Part shown: positions 9,638 to 19,848 of the stretch, piece after piece
Layout of the letters: the number at the start of each line of letters is the position of its first letter
Position numbering within the stretch: the first letter of the stretch is position 1
From: Patescibacteria group bacterium
GTDB taxonomy: Bacteria; Patescibacteriota; WWE3; UBA101185; UBA10185
Assembly (NCBI GenBank): GCA_026004595.1
Contig: BPJL01000005.1
Location: 11,263 to 75,262 of the forward strand
Direction of reading: 5' to 3'
DNA length: 64,000 nucleotides
The notes under the pieces: generated by a model
What the model saw: the letters and a program-made list of their open reading frames with translations, nothing else
Told to the model about the DNA's origin: nothing
Database searches by the model: none
Program-made: the position numbers and the translations under genes

Positions 9638-10444
9638 ATGAAAAACAGCACTCTTATGATTCTTTTCCTTTTGTTTCTAATAATAGTTTTGGGAGGTGGG
9701 CTATTTTTACTCTCAGACAGAATGCCCGGAGGAACCGCAGTTAACACGTCGAATATTACCCAAGAATCAGTCTCCCAGCCGATTGTGGTCAAGGATCGCG
9801 CAACTACGGAAAGTGTACTTCTTCCCAAGGGATGGAAAAGCTACTCAAACACCGATCTCAGATTCACTATAAATTACCCCGAAAAAGCCTTTTCTTTTAA
9901 TGGTTCGTGTGAACAAAAGGTAGAAGGATCAAAAGCTTCGTATAGGCCAAAAACTACGGAAGTTCCTGTAGGTGTATACGAAGATACTGACGGCATTCAC
10001 ATTTACTTCGATTACTTGTATGAGTTAGGAGATCCAGAAACACTTAACGGAATAACATATTTCGGCTCCTGCACTAAGAAAACAGTAAACTTGGCTTATC
10101 TAAAAGAAAACGTGTCTTCATGGCACATCATCGCAAAACCAGTCACCTCAAAAACTGCTTTGGAGTCTTTCATTAAAGATAAATTCGGATCCGGATGCTC
10201 AATAGACACAATGACTGCCTCCGCAACAAACAACAAAGTTTACGACGTAAAAATAAAAGGGGATGGTTTGGATTTAGGCCAGACAAAATGTCCAATAAAT
10301 TACATCTACGTCTTGAAATATGTTCCTGACATAGGAATGGCATACACCTACAATTTAGGGCAGGCTTACACATTCGCCAAAACTGCTGACGGTTCGCAAA
10401 GCTACGATCAGGAAATGGCGGAAAGTTTTGCTCCCATACTTTAG
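9638..10444 (+). CDS. Membrane-anchored exported protein (PsbP-like WKSYSN...FTINYP start)
   Basis: N-terminal TM, Thr/Ser-rich linker, four Cys. Confidence 0.7.
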   Translation: MKNSTLMILFLLFLIIVLGGGLFLLSDRMPGGTAVNTSNITQESVSQPIVVKDRATTESVLLPKGWKSYSNTDLRFTINYPEKAFSFNGSCEQKVEGSKASYRPKTTEVPVGVYEDTDGIHIYFDYLYELGDPETLNGITYFGSCTKKTVNLAYLKENVSSWHIIAKPVTSKTALESFIKDKFGSGCSIDTMTASATNNKVYDVKIKGDGLDLGQTKCPINYIYVLKYVPDIGMAYTYNLGQAYTFAKTADGSQSYDQEMAESFAPIL

Positions 10445-10486
10445 AGTTTCAGCCAAAAAACTACTTTACTTTAACATAATTGTAAA

Positions 10487-11851
10487 ATGTTTATATCTAA
10501 AGAAACTTTATCCAAATTAAGCCGGTGGTTTCATATGCCCGTTCATATTGTCCTAGGATTTTTATGTGGGCTGTTGGTAGCGTATTTCTCCCGTAACACA
10601 AGTATTTTATTTATGTCTGTTCTGGGCGTAATCGGGTCATTACTTCCAGATATAGACCATCTCTTGTATATATATATTTATGCAAGAAAAACAGAGTATG
10701 CCCGACTTCTTCGTATCCGAATAAAAAACCGCGAACTCCGAGAACTGTTTAGATTTGCTTCTGCCAACCATAAACTAAACACCAAAATATACTCTCACAA
10801 CTTGCTCACCGTATTAATTACCGTGATTTTCTTCTCGTATTTTGCTTTTGCCCAAGATAATTACAATGCGGCCGCCTTTACACTTGGAATGATTTCGCAC
10901 TATTTTTACGATATATTTGAGGACTGGCTCTTGCTAGGGCGGATAAATCCTAACTGGTTTCTTTTATTTGGCAGACAGAAAGTTAACATTCCACATGCCA
11001 TAAAAAAAGTACTGACATTTGGAAAGCTCATACGTTTCTTTCCTAACATCTTCAGCGCGTTTCCTTTATTCTACGGTTATCTCTTAGCAAAAGGGTATTA
11101 TCTTTCACTTAGAGAATTCGGTTTTATAACTCTGACTATTTTTCTTTTCTCACCAATGTTTTACGGAGCTATATACATAATGGACGACATAAAAGATTTG
11201 GAATTAGACAAGAAACATCCGATAAAAAGCAGAGGCAGGGCTATTGCGTCCGGTGAAGTTTCTTTGATAGCTGCCAAAAGGACTTTTAAAATACTTTTGT
11301 TTTTTTCGCTTATTTTTTCCTTGATGCTGTCACATATATTATTTGTTTCGTTATTGGTTTTTCTTGTGCTAAATCTTATATATCTTTTCTTCCTTAGAAA
11401 ACTACCTCTACTTGACCTATTAGCTAGCACAATCCTTCATTCAATGAAATTGATAGTTGGACTATTACTTGCAGGCAGCTCCCCTCTGTTGTTTACTGCT
11501 CTTATCATTACCGATATCCTAGCTTACTTGAGTATTGTGACTGGGAAGAGGGTTTATGAGATGAGGGAGGGGTACATAACCCCTTTTATCCCTGATACGA
11601 ATTACTACGATTATTTAAAGATGTTTCAATACATTGTCTACTTTGTGTCTTTGGCATATTTTGTACAAACTGCGGGGCAGCCGGGTTTCGTTTACAGATT
11701 AATCATAACACTCATGGCCTTATCTCTTACTGTTTTATACAAACCAAAAACAGCTATCAAATCTTTTGTTGATTTTATCAGCTATGGAGATGACCGAGAA
11801 GGCATATTTACCAAAGTGTTTAATATCAAAATCTGGAAAAGAGGAAGCTAA
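10487..11851 (+). CDS. Fusion of a YdjM-like metal-dependent membrane hydrolase and a UbiA-family prenyltransferase
   Basis: N-terminal HIV, LLPDIDH, SHN, SHYFYDIF; C-terminal DDIKDLELDKKHPIKSRGRAIASG. Confidence 0.7.
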   Translation: MFISKETLSKLSRWFHMPVHIVLGFLCGLLVAYFSRNTSILFMSVLGVIGSLLPDIDHLLYIYIYARKTEYARLLRIRIKNRELRELFRFASANHKLNTKIYSHNLLTVLITVIFFSYFAFAQDNYNAAAFTLGMISHYFYDIFEDWLLLGRINPNWFLLFGRQKVNIPHAIKKVLTFGKLIRFFPNIFSAFPLFYGYLLAKGYYLSLREFGFITLTIFLFSPMFYGAIYIMDDIKDLELDKKHPIKSRGRAIASGEVSLIAAKRTFKILLFFSLIFSLMLSHILFVSLLVFLVLNLIYLFFLRKLPLLDLLASTILHSMKLIVGLLLAGSSPLLFTALIITDILAYLSIVTGKRVYEMREGYITPFIPDTNYYDYLKMFQYIVYFVSLAYFVQTAGQPGFVYRLIITLMALSLTVLYKPKTAIKSFVDFISYGDDREGIFTKVFNIKIWKRGS

Positions 11852-12151
11852 AATGATTGAGCAGAAAGCCCTATTATAACCTCTATGTTGTCATGTTCGC
11901 TGGTTTTGTTACTCTTAATTTTTCCACATTTTATGCATTTATGTACAACCGCAATCTCACTATGTTTTTTTTGCAATTCCGACAGGTTCCATTAGACCTT
12001 CGCAGGTATTTGCGCGGTCTCCTGGATTTATATCTACATGCTCGCTGTATAAACATCTTGGGCAGTGATTAGTGTACCCATTACCTATAACAAAATAACC
12101 GCAGTTTTTACAAATAAAATTTTCTTTTTTCTTTTGGAAAAGTTTGGGCAT
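11848..12151 (-). CDS. RNHCP domain protein (frameshift at T8 11965-11972)
   Basis: FICKNCG...TNHCPRCLYSEHVD...PGDRA; the shifted frame continues VVHKCIKCGKIKSNK. Confidence 0.85.
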
Positions 12152-13131
12152 TAATCCATTATTGTATTAATAAATTCAGCAGTCACCTTGGCGGCATTTA
12201 GGAAATTTTCATACGGCGCCTTCTGGCTCATTAAACAGACTATCAATTCAGATTCTGTAACCGTGGATTTTACCACGCCGCAATCATGCCACGATTCTGG
12301 CCAGTTCCCGATTTTGTGAGAAAAAATTAGATTTTCTTCCAGATAGGGAGATATACGATCTTCAAAAGAAGTGTCAGTCATGAGATCAAATAAGTATTGC
12401 TTGTGTTGGGAATTTAGATATTTTCCAAAATACAACTCTTCGATAACTTTTCCGATTTCGTACGGGGTGGATAGGTTGTAGCGGTAAAATGTGCTCGTGT
12501 CTTTATCCGGTACAACAGTGTCAAAAGTATCTTGAATATTTTTATAACTCAAAGTACGGAGTAAAATGTTCTGGGCAGTGTTATCGCTATTTTTTAACAA
12601 TTCAGTTAGTATCTCTCTAATTTTAAGCTGGATTCCATGAGAGTAACCTCCTATAACACCGGTACCCGCTGCATAATCATAAGGTAAATATGTAGCAGTA
12701 TCATCCAGACTTAATTTTCCCTTTTCTACCTCTTTTAATACGGCCGCGGCAATTGGTACTTTATACAACGAGGCGGTATAGAATTCACTTTTTTCGTTGT
12801 ATTTAAGTTCCATCCCCGAGCCGATATCTTTTATGTATAACCCATAAAAACCCGGTTCTATAGTAAGTTTTTTGGTTAGTTCTTCAAACTTTATCTCTGC
12901 GTTGGTATATCCTATTTCGTCTTTTATCACTGGCCGCGCCCCTTTTTCTGTATTTTCAATGTTTCGCTGGTAAACTACTTCCTTGACGAAATTTTTTTCA
13001 AATAGTTTGATATTAAATTTGTCGCTCAAAACAAGTATAAAAAAGGTTACAGCTGCCAATATAGGTAGGAATATAAGGAGAAAGTCTGTATCTTTATTGA
13101 AACCTCGGCCTTTTTTGGCAGTTTCCACCAC
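12151..13131 (-). CDS. Class A beta-lactamase-related serine hydrolase / penicillin-binding-like protein
   Basis: SxxK (ASLYK), SDN and HKIG motifs; N-terminal TM. Confidence 0.85.
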   Translation of the reverse strand: MVETAKKGRGFNKDTDFLLIFLPILAAVTFFILVLSDKFNIKLFEKNFVKEVVYQRNIENTEKGARPVIKDEIGYTNAEIKFEELTKKLTIEPGFYGLYIKDIGSGMELKYNEKSEFYTASLYKVPIAAAVLKEVEKGKLSLDDTATYLPYDYAAGTGVIGGYSHGIQLKIREILTELLKNSDNTAQNILLRTLSYKNIQDTFDTVVPDKDTSTFYRYNLSTPYEIGKVIEELYFGKYLNSQHKQYLFDLMTDTSFEDRISPYLEENLIFSHKIGNWPESWHDCGVVKSTVTESELIVCLMSQKAPYENFLNAAKVTAEFINTIMD

Positions 13132-13283
13132 ACATTAATTTAACCAGATAATATCGCAAAATCAAAGAATTTTGATAAAATTATGTGTGTTGTAGGACTT
13201 TTGTGCTTTTGTTGCTTGGCAGGCGACCCTAGAGCGTTCGCAGATTGAAAGTATTTGATAGTAGATTAGAAGGTTATCTTTTC

Positions 13284-13360
13284 GGGCCTGTAGCTCAGCT
13301 GGTTAGAGCGTTCGGTTTACATCCGAAAGGTCCCTGGTTCGATCCCAGGCAGGCCCACCA
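13284..13360 (+). tRNA. tRNA-Val(UAC)
   Basis: Anticodon arm TTCGG-TTTACAT-CCGAA, CCA. Confidence 0.95.
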
Positions 13361-13369
13361 TAAATAAAA

Positions 13370-14176
13370 ATGCCTGAATTTGCAGTATCATCGTATTACG
13401 AAAACGAGTTTGAAAAAGACCCCGAAGCTGTCTTTATAGATGTCCATAGTGAAGAACAGGAAGTAACATACGGGTGCGGACCGGCGGTTCTTACGGACAT
13501 ACTCAAAACACTTAATTATAGTGTCACCCAGAATGAGATTCTTGAAGAGGCAAGAAAAGGTGTTGAGATTATTCCGGGTAAAGACCCAGCCTTGACGATC
13601 GAAAAGATAGGAACCCCAACGCAAGTTATGAAGGACATTTTGGAAAGACATGGTGTTAGTATTGACGTAAAAGAATCGGTTTCTGAAATCAATGAAGAAA
13701 CAAAAGAAGAAGCAGAAAAATACCTTGATAAAACATTAGAGTCAGGGAAAGTAATAATATGCCCCGTACAAACAATTCCTGACTACGGCTACCAAAGAAA
13801 TATTAACGAGGATGGACATTACGTAATCGTTTGCGGTAAGGTGACAATTAGCGGAAGAAAATATTACATAACCGTTGACCCGATGTTTCACAGATACCAG
13901 CGTGCGTCAAATGAAGGCAGTGTTTACTCTTTCCATATGGGAGACAGTTTAAGGGAAGGTATGCCAAAATCGACTCCTTATCGCAGAACGGACACAGTGG
14001 ATACACGAAACTTACGTTACACAGACGAAGAACTAAAAAGTTTTGTTATAGATCCTTCAAAATACGGTTTGAGGTTCGTGGTTGCAAGTCACTTTATAGA
14101 ATATTGGAAGGACGTTTCTGGTTTCGGAGATTTCTATAATTTCTACGGAATTACAGTGAAAATAAAAAAAGATTAG
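13370..14176 (+). CDS. C39-like papain-fold cysteine peptidase
   Basis: Q...GCGPAVL, GHYVIV and VDP (Cys-His-Asp). Confidence 0.7.
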   Translation: MPEFAVSSYYENEFEKDPEAVFIDVHSEEQEVTYGCGPAVLTDILKTLNYSVTQNEILEEARKGVEIIPGKDPALTIEKIGTPTQVMKDILERHGVSIDVKESVSEINEETKEEAEKYLDKTLESGKVIICPVQTIPDYGYQRNINEDGHYVIVCGKVTISGRKYYITVDPMFHRYQRASNEGSVYSFHMGDSLREGMPKSTPYRRTDTVDTRNLRYTDEELKSFVIDPSKYGLRFVVASHFIEYWKDVSGFGDFYNFYGITVKIKKD

Positions 14177-14234
14177 CCCTCTTATCGTATTTTTACCCCA
14201 TAGTGTAAAATACTCTCGTATAAAGAAGGTTGGT

Positions 14235-14456
14235 GTGAATAAGAAAGAAATAAAAATGATAAGAGAGTAAGTAAACATATACTTCACAACTTACTACAAT
14301 ATCAAGACGGTGGACATAATATCTGTTTTCGACAACAATAGAGTTACAAAAACGGGTCAAAAATATTTTAAGGTTTTCGTCAAAGTAGACTATGTTGACG
14401 GAAGATTCCAAATGTTTTGGCTCCGAATAAGTGGGGGAGGGAGAAATCCAAATTAA
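14235..14456 (+). pseudogene. Small hypothetical ORF interrupted by an in-frame TAA (14268-14270)
   Basis: GTG start; VNKKEIKMIRE*VNIYFTTYYNIKTVDIISVFD...RISGGGRNPN stays in one frame across the stop. Confidence 0.35.
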
Positions 14457-14485
14457 GCAGTAAACTAGCTTACCGCCAATTTTTG

Positions 14486-14540
14486 TTGCAACATACCTCC
14501 ACATGTGCTAAATTATTCGTATCCCCCCATGGGGGAGTGT
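14486..14540 (+). promoter_or_regulatory. sigma70 promoter with CsoR-type operator
   Basis: TTGCAA-N17-TAAATT, then TATCCCCCCATGGGGGA, a C-tract/G-tract inverted repeat typical of CsoR/RcnR operators, just before the ATG. Confidence 0.7.
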
Positions 14541-14810
14541 ATGAACAGCTTAAATGAAAACAAAAAGAAGAACATTCACAGAATAAAAATAATTAAGGGG
14601 CATTTAGATGCTATTGAGAGAATGATAGAAAACGATGCTTATTGTATAGAAGTTCTGAACCAATCTTTAGCAGTTCAGAAAGCTTTGAAAGCATTAGATA
14701 AGCAAATAATTGAAGGGCATTTAAACCACTGCGTGGTCGAGCAAGTCAAAAAAGGCGATTCTAAAAAAATTGTTGAAGATCTACTTGGAATATACAGATA
14801 TAAATTATGA
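14541..14810 (+). CDS. csoR: CsoR/RcnR-family metal-sensing repressor
   Basis: RIKIIKGHL...MIENDAYCIEVLNQ...HLNHC (Cys/His/Cys Cu ligands); upstream of copA. Confidence 0.85.
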   Translation: MNSLNENKKKNIHRIKIIKGHLDAIERMIENDAYCIEVLNQSLAVQKALKALDKQIIEGHLNHCVVEQVKKGDSKKIVEDLLGIYRYKL

Positions 14811-16129
14811 GCGCTACTGCCAACCAAAAACTATATGTTGAGGGTATGCATTGCCCCGCATGCGAATCCCTTATAGAACAAAAGTTAAAAGATAAATCGT
14901 GGGTAAAATACGCAAAAGCATCCTTAGCTAATAACACGGTTGAAATTAATGCAAAATCAAAGATAGATATCGAGGAGCTTAACAAAGAATTTTCTGAAGA
15001 TGGGTACTCGTTTCACGAAACACGCCAGCGCAGCAAAAAAACCGATTTACTAAAAGCGCTAATCATAGCAGTTGCGGCTGTATTGGTTTTCTATTTAAAC
15101 GAAAAAAACGGATTTTTAGGAAAGTTCTCTGTAGACAGCACTTCAGGGTATTTATCTTACTTTATATTCGGTTTAGCTGCGGGAGCGTCGTCTTGCGCTG
15201 CTTTAACCGGCGGTATTCTTCTTTCTTTATCCAAAACATGGGCAAAAATATACACAAATAATAGAAAGCCTTTTCCTTTTGTTCTTTTCAATGTTGGCCG
15301 CATTGCGTCCTTTTTCTTTTTTGGAGGTGTCCTTGGATTTCTCGGCTCACTACTTGGGTTCGATCTCACAGTTTCATCATTTTTCACCATCGTTGTGGCC
15401 CTGTTAATGGCTGTGCTGGGGTTGCAGATGTTAGATATAAAGTGGATTCAAAAATATCGAATAAAGCCGCCTACATTTATTACCAAATACGCTACTAATC
15501 AAAATAATTTTCGGGGCGTGGCAACACCGTTAATCATTGGTGCAGCAACATTTTTTCTTCCTTGTGGTTTTACAATAGTAGCCCAAACAAATGCTTTGGC
15601 TACAGGAAGCTTCGCATTGAGCGCTGTGCTTCTTCTTTCTTTTGCACTCGGAACTCTTCCAATGTTGGCGCTTATAAGTTTTACGAGTGTGAAATTATCA
15701 TCCCACTCCAAGTATTCTCGACTGTTTAGTTATACAGCCGGATTTCTCGTTTTCATTTTTGCTATTTACACTATTAAGTCCCAACTAAATGTATTGGGTG
15801 CTCCCAGCTTATCTTTTTCTGCTAAGGAAAAAGAAGTTAATATGGCCACAAAAAAAGACGAGTACCAAATACTTGAAATTTACGCAAAAGGCTTTGAGTA
15901 TTATCCAAAATATTCAGAAATAGAATCAGGAATTCCGACAAAAATGCGTTTGTATAACGAGGGAGCATACGGCTGTGCCAACACAATAGCCGCCAGAGGC
16001 CTTTTCCAAGGAGCTTTGAGGATAAAGCCGGGATTAAATGAGATTGATATAAACACAGATACGCCCGGAATCTATAAACTCACATGTTCTATGGGAATGG
16101 TGCCTCCTGTAACAATTGTCGTTAAATAA
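14807..16129 (+). CDS. HMA + DsbD_2/TauE-like membrane + cupredoxin-like domain protein
   Basis: GMHCPAC; [20 protein letters not shown]; C-terminal GC...TCSMGM. Confidence 0.85.
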   Translation: MSATANQKLYVEGMHCPACESLIEQKLKDKSWVKYAKASLANNTVEINAKSKIDIEELNKEFSEDGYSFHETRQRSKKTDLLKALIIAVAAVLVFYLNEKNGFLGKFSVDSTSGYLSYFIFGLAAGASSCAALTGGILLSLSKTWAKIYTNNRKPFPFVLFNVGRIASFFFFGGVLGFLGSLLGFDLTVSSFFTIVVALLMAVLGLQMLDIKWIQKYRIKPPTFITKYATNQNNFRGVATPLIIGAATFFLPCGFTIVAQTNALATGSFALSAVLLLSFALGTLPMLALISFTSVKLSSHSKYSRLFSYTAGFLVFIFAIYTIKSQLNVLGAPSLSFSAKEKEVNMATKKDEYQILEIYAKGFEYYPKYSEIESGIPTKMRLYNEGAYGCANTIAARGLFQGALRIKPGLNEIDINTDTPGIYKLTCSMGMVPPVTIVVK

Positions 16130-16130
16130 T

Positions 16131-18344
16131 ATGGCTCTAAAAAAAGAAACATACCCAATAATAGGAATGCACTGTGCAAGTTGTAAAACCTTAATAGAAA
16201 GGTCTGTTAGCAGTGTGCCTGGAGTAAACGACGCTTTTGTTAACTTTGCAACAGAAAAACTAACAGTAAATTATGATGACTTAAAGACATCGGTAAAAGA
16301 TATTGCTGGGGCAGTTTCAGCAGCTGGGGATTATAGAATGGTCAGTGAACACGAATCCCACGACAGCCACGATCACGAGCAGAATACAGAAAATAATAAA
16401 TTAAAACGAACGGTTTTATGGGTAGGATCAACATCAGCCCCGTTTCTCATTTTAATGATTTGGATGTATTTGTCTAAGGTTGGTCTTCTTCCAGATCCTG
16501 AGATGACTTTAAGACCTTATTTAAGAGCTATTAACTACACACAGTTTGTTTTAGCCACATTAGTAGTGTTTATCGGAGGACAGTCAATTTACCGTTCTGC
16601 AATAAAATCTTTAGCGGCAAAATCTGCAGGAATGGACACCTTAATAGCTTTGGGTACTTTCACAGCATGGGTGTACTCAACAATAGTAACTTTTGCCCCT
16701 GATCTTTTTCCTGAGGGAGGACAGTATTTTGAAGCGGCCATCTTTATAATTTTCTTTGTTTTACTAGGTAGATTTTTAGAATCAAACGCCAAAAAAAGCA
16801 CTGGTTCAGCGGTTAAGTCTTTAATAGGAATGCAGGTAAAAAAGGCCGTAGTGATTAGACGCGGCAAAGAAGAAGAAATAAACGCGGAAAATGTAGAAAG
16901 AAATGATTTAGTTGTAGTAAAGCCGGGAACAAAGATTCCGGTTGACGGGATAATTGTAGAAGGGAACAGCTCTGTGGATGAGTCTATGATTTCTGGAGAA
17001 CCGATGCCGGTTGAGAAAAAAATTGGAGACAAAGTAATAGGGGGAACAATAAACAACGACGGGTATTTTATATATAAAGCCACTAATGTGGGAAGCGATA
17101 CAATTCTTTCACAAATAATAAGAATGGTCGAAGAGGCCCAAGGCTCGAGAGCAGATATTCAAAGGCTGGCAGACAAAGTCGCCGGTGTTTTTGTACAAGC
17201 GGTAATTGTAATAGCGATAATAACATTAGGCGTCTGGCTATTTTTTAAACCTGGTGATTTTACGTCCGCGTTTTACGCTTTTACTAGCGTGTTGATAATT
17301 GCGTGCCCATGTGCGTTGGGATTAGCCACCCCAACGGCAATTGTTACATCATCGGGTTCTGCTGCAAGAAGCGGAATTTTGGTAAAAGACGCAAGGACTA
17401 TAGAAAAAGCCGCAAAAATAAAACATATCGTGTTTGATAAAACAGGCACAATAACTAAGGGGTACCCACAGGTTCACTCGTATGAGCATATTTCAGCTCA
17501 AATACCACAGGAAAAACTCCTATCTTTAGTTTTGGCATTAGAATCAAGATCCGAACACCCGTTGGCAAGTGCAATTGTTGATTATTTAGCTATCAGAGGA
17601 ATTGTTAAAACAGAAGATGTCAATGAATTTAAAAATATACCGGGCAGGGGAATAGAGGGTAGAGTAGGGGAGTTCAAGATTTTTGTGGGCCGTCTTGAAG
17701 ATGAGAAATTCAAGGGAACGGGGACGGACACACCGGTCGGGGTAATTATAAATAACGACGTTGCGGGGGTGTTTTTCTTAAGAGATGAGATTAAAGATAA
17801 TGTCCATGAAATAATTGAGAAATTAGAAAAACAAGGAATAAACACATACTTGCTAACTGGAGATACTAAAAATAATGCTCAATTCGTAGCTGAAGCTGCG
17901 GGAATAAAAAATGTTATGGCAGAGGTGCTACCGTCACAGAAAGCGGAAGTCGTCAGCGATTTGAAGAAAAGGTATCCCAAAGATATGGTAGCTATGGTGG
18001 GGGACGGTATAAACGATTCCCCAGCTCTCGCAACATCTGATGTGGGAATAGCCATGGGTACCGGAACAGACGTAGCAATGCAAACAGGAGATGTGATCAT
18101 ATTGGGTGGAGATATATCTAAAGTATACAAATTAATAAAAATCTCAAGAAGGACAATGAAAATTATCAAAGAAAATCTTTGGTGGGCGTTTGGGTACAAT
18201 ACTATCGGGATTCCTGTGGCGGCTGGTGTCATGTATCCTTTTTGGGGGTTAATGCTTTCTCCGGCGATTGCTGCAGCAGCCATGGCGCTGAGTTCTATTA
18301 GTGTTGTATTGAATAGTTTGAGATTGGGAAGAGTTTACCATTAA
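16131..18344 (+). CDS. copA: Cu(I)-translocating P1B-type ATPase
   Basis: [34 protein letters not shown] and MALSS motifs. Confidence 0.93.
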   Translation: MALKKETYPIIGMHCASCKTLIERSVSSVPGVNDAFVNFATEKLTVNYDDLKTSVKDIAGAVSAAGDYRMVSEHESHDSHDHEQNTENNKLKRTVLWVGSTSAPFLILMIWMYLSKVGLLPDPEMTLRPYLRAINYTQFVLATLVVFIGGQSIYRSAIKSLAAKSAGMDTLIALGTFTAWVYSTIVTFAPDLFPEGGQYFEAAIFIIFFVLLGRFLESNAKKSTGSAVKSLIGMQVKKAVVIRRGKEEEINAENVERNDLVVVKPGTKIPVDGIIVEGNSSVDESMISGEPMPVEKKIGDKVIGGTINNDGYFIYKATNVGSDTILSQIIRMVEEAQGSRADIQRLADKVAGVFVQAVIVIAIITLGVWLFFKPGDFTSAFYAFTSVLIIACPCALGLATPTAIVTSSGSAARSGILVKDARTIEKAAKIKHIVFDKTGTITKGYPQVHSYEHISAQIPQEKLLSLVLALESRSEHPLASAIVDYLAIRGIVKTEDVNEFKNIPGRGIEGRVGEFKIFVGRLEDEKFKGTGTDTPVGVIINNDVAGVFFLRDEIKDNVHEIIEKLEKQGINTYLLTGDTKNNAQFVAEAAGIKNVMAEVLPSQKAEVVSDLKKRYPKDMVAMVGDGINDSPALATSDVGIAMGTGTDVAMQTGDVIILGGDISKVYKLIKISRRTMKIIKENLWWAFGYNTIGIPVAAGVMYPFWGLMLSPAIAAAAMALSSISVVLNSLRLGRVYH

Positions 18345-18345
18345 A

Positions 18346-19053
18346 CTACAGATTTGGATTAAAAGATTCGGTATAAATAGCAAAATCGCTCAACCCCGCC
18401 CCCTTAATGATTTCAAAGGCGTCTCTTATCATATCCATGTTACCGCATAGGTAAAAATCAGTTCCTTCTTTCAAGTATTCGGGAAGTAAAGCTGTTACAC
18501 GACCTGGATAATATGGTGGTTTCAAGTCTCCGTATACACCAGAAAGAGAAATTAGGTATTTAAATTTGCCTGATTTCTCAAGCTTTTTAAATTTATCTTC
18601 AAAAAACACCTCTTCTTCGTTTCTGACTCCGAAAATCAACGTTACAGCTTCAACTTCCTTGTCTCCCACTGCTAGCTTCATCATCGGAATAAAAGGTGCT
18701 ATTCCGGTAGAGGTAGCCAAGAAAATAACCCTTTTCCTTGCCGGCACATGGTAGAAAAAACGTCCAGAAGGCCCTACAAAGCTCACCGGCGAGCCTTTTT
18801 GGAGGTTTTTGATGTAGTTAGCTCCCAACCCAGGAACGCCCGTTAAAGCAACCAGCTCGATGTCCCCACCCGGTTTATCAGAGCAAATTGAGTACGATCG
18901 ATAAGAATCTTCGCTTACTTGAAGGTTTATAAACTGACCCGGCCTAAAATCAAAATTTTTCTCGTCAGAACATCTAATTTTGAGCCATGTAATCATGGGG
19001 GAGACCTCTTTTTTATCCATTATTGTTCCTTTGCGCATTTTGGGAGCTACCAT
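18346..19053 (-). CDS. FNR-family FAD/NAD(P)-binding oxidoreductase
   Basis: FRPGQFI, RSYSICS, GPSGRF, ATSTGIAPF, FYLCG, terminal ESF. Confidence 0.88.
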   Translation of the reverse strand: MVAPKMRKGTIMDKKEVSPMITWLKIRCSDEKNFDFRPGQFINLQVSEDSYRSYSICSDKPGGDIELVALTGVPGLGANYIKNLQKGSPVSFVGPSGRFFYHVPARKRVIFLATSTGIAPFIPMMKLAVGDKEVEAVTLIFGVRNEEEVFFEDKFKKLEKSGKFKYLISLSGVYGDLKPPYYPGRVTALLPEYLKEGTDFYLCGNMDMIRDAFEIIKGAGLSDFAIYTESFNPNL

Positions 19054-19076
19054 GGGGTATATGGTAACATAGGAGC

Positions 19077-19532
19077 ATGGCATTTCGCACTAAACGTAAG
19101 GTTGTAATATTTTTGGCCATCACCTTCGCTTTTGGTGTAGGGTTTGTAGTACTAATAAGACTTTCCTCACCGAAACTTTCTTATCAAATAAAAACATCCA
19201 TAGTAGATGACGCCCCACAGATACCTTTGGAGGTTGCTGTACAACCTCGTTCTCTGTCTTTTGTGACAAAGTTTTACGATTTGACTGGTAATTTCAACGC
19301 GGCTCAACTTAAGAGGACATTAAAATTCCAACAATCTTTTCCATTTTTGGTTGTTGATCCAAACATCACTGTTGTGCTGACCGAGCAGGAAGTGTACGAA
19401 GAGGAGTCTTTTGTTTATTACGAGATTTCAGGTTCGGTGAAAAATCTCAAGCCTGGAGATTATAAATTTTCTATAGTGGATATGTTTGGAAACCTGATTG
19501 ATGAAACTTTTGTCACGGTTCCAGGGGAGTGA
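19077..19532 (+). CDS. Membrane-anchored hypothetical protein
   Basis: N-terminal TM and Ig-like C-terminus (LKPGDYKF). Confidence 0.65.
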   Translation: MAFRTKRKVVIFLAITFAFGVGFVVLIRLSSPKLSYQIKTSIVDDAPQIPLEVAVQPRSLSFVTKFYDLTGNFNAAQLKRTLKFQQSFPFLVVDPNITVVLTEQEVYEEESFVYYEISGSVKNLKPGDYKFSIVDMFGNLIDETFVTVPGE

Positions 19533-19599
19533 GAAGACAGCTGTGATGTCCAAAAACCCTTTTCTAGTGCTATAATTCGCTAGAACGTTTCGACTGTGT

Positions 19600-19673
19600 T
19601 GGGGGATCGTCTAACGGTAGGACTGCGGGTTTTGGTCCCGCCTATTGGGGTTCGAATCCCTATCCCCCAGCCA
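19600..19673 (+). tRNA. tRNA-Gln(UUG)
   Basis: U1-A72 pair, anticodon arm GCGGG-TTTTGGT-CCCGC, GCCA end. Confidence 0.95.
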
Positions 19674-19803
19674 GAAAATCCTCTAAGGATAAAAACATAA
19701 AACGACTGCCATTGAATATAGATTTAAACTAATAGTAAATTCAGGAACAAAAATAGTGTTTTTTGTTAGTGTGTGTAATGTGTGCAAATAGAATTAAATA
19801 GAA

Positions 19804-19844
19804 AAGGTTGGTTTAGGCTGTATTGTAAAACCCAAACCAACCTT
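19804..19844 (-). terminator. Hairpin terminator downstream of the HNH-like gene
   Basis: AAGGTTGGTTT / AAACCAACCTT 11-bp inverted repeat. Confidence 0.55.
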
Positions 19845-19848
19845 ATTA

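Noticed and set aside
12151-13131. Antibiotic-resistance beta-lactamase
   Set aside because: It is membrane-anchored and lacks a clear omega-loop ExxLN motif, so a cell-wall peptidase-like enzyme is more likely.
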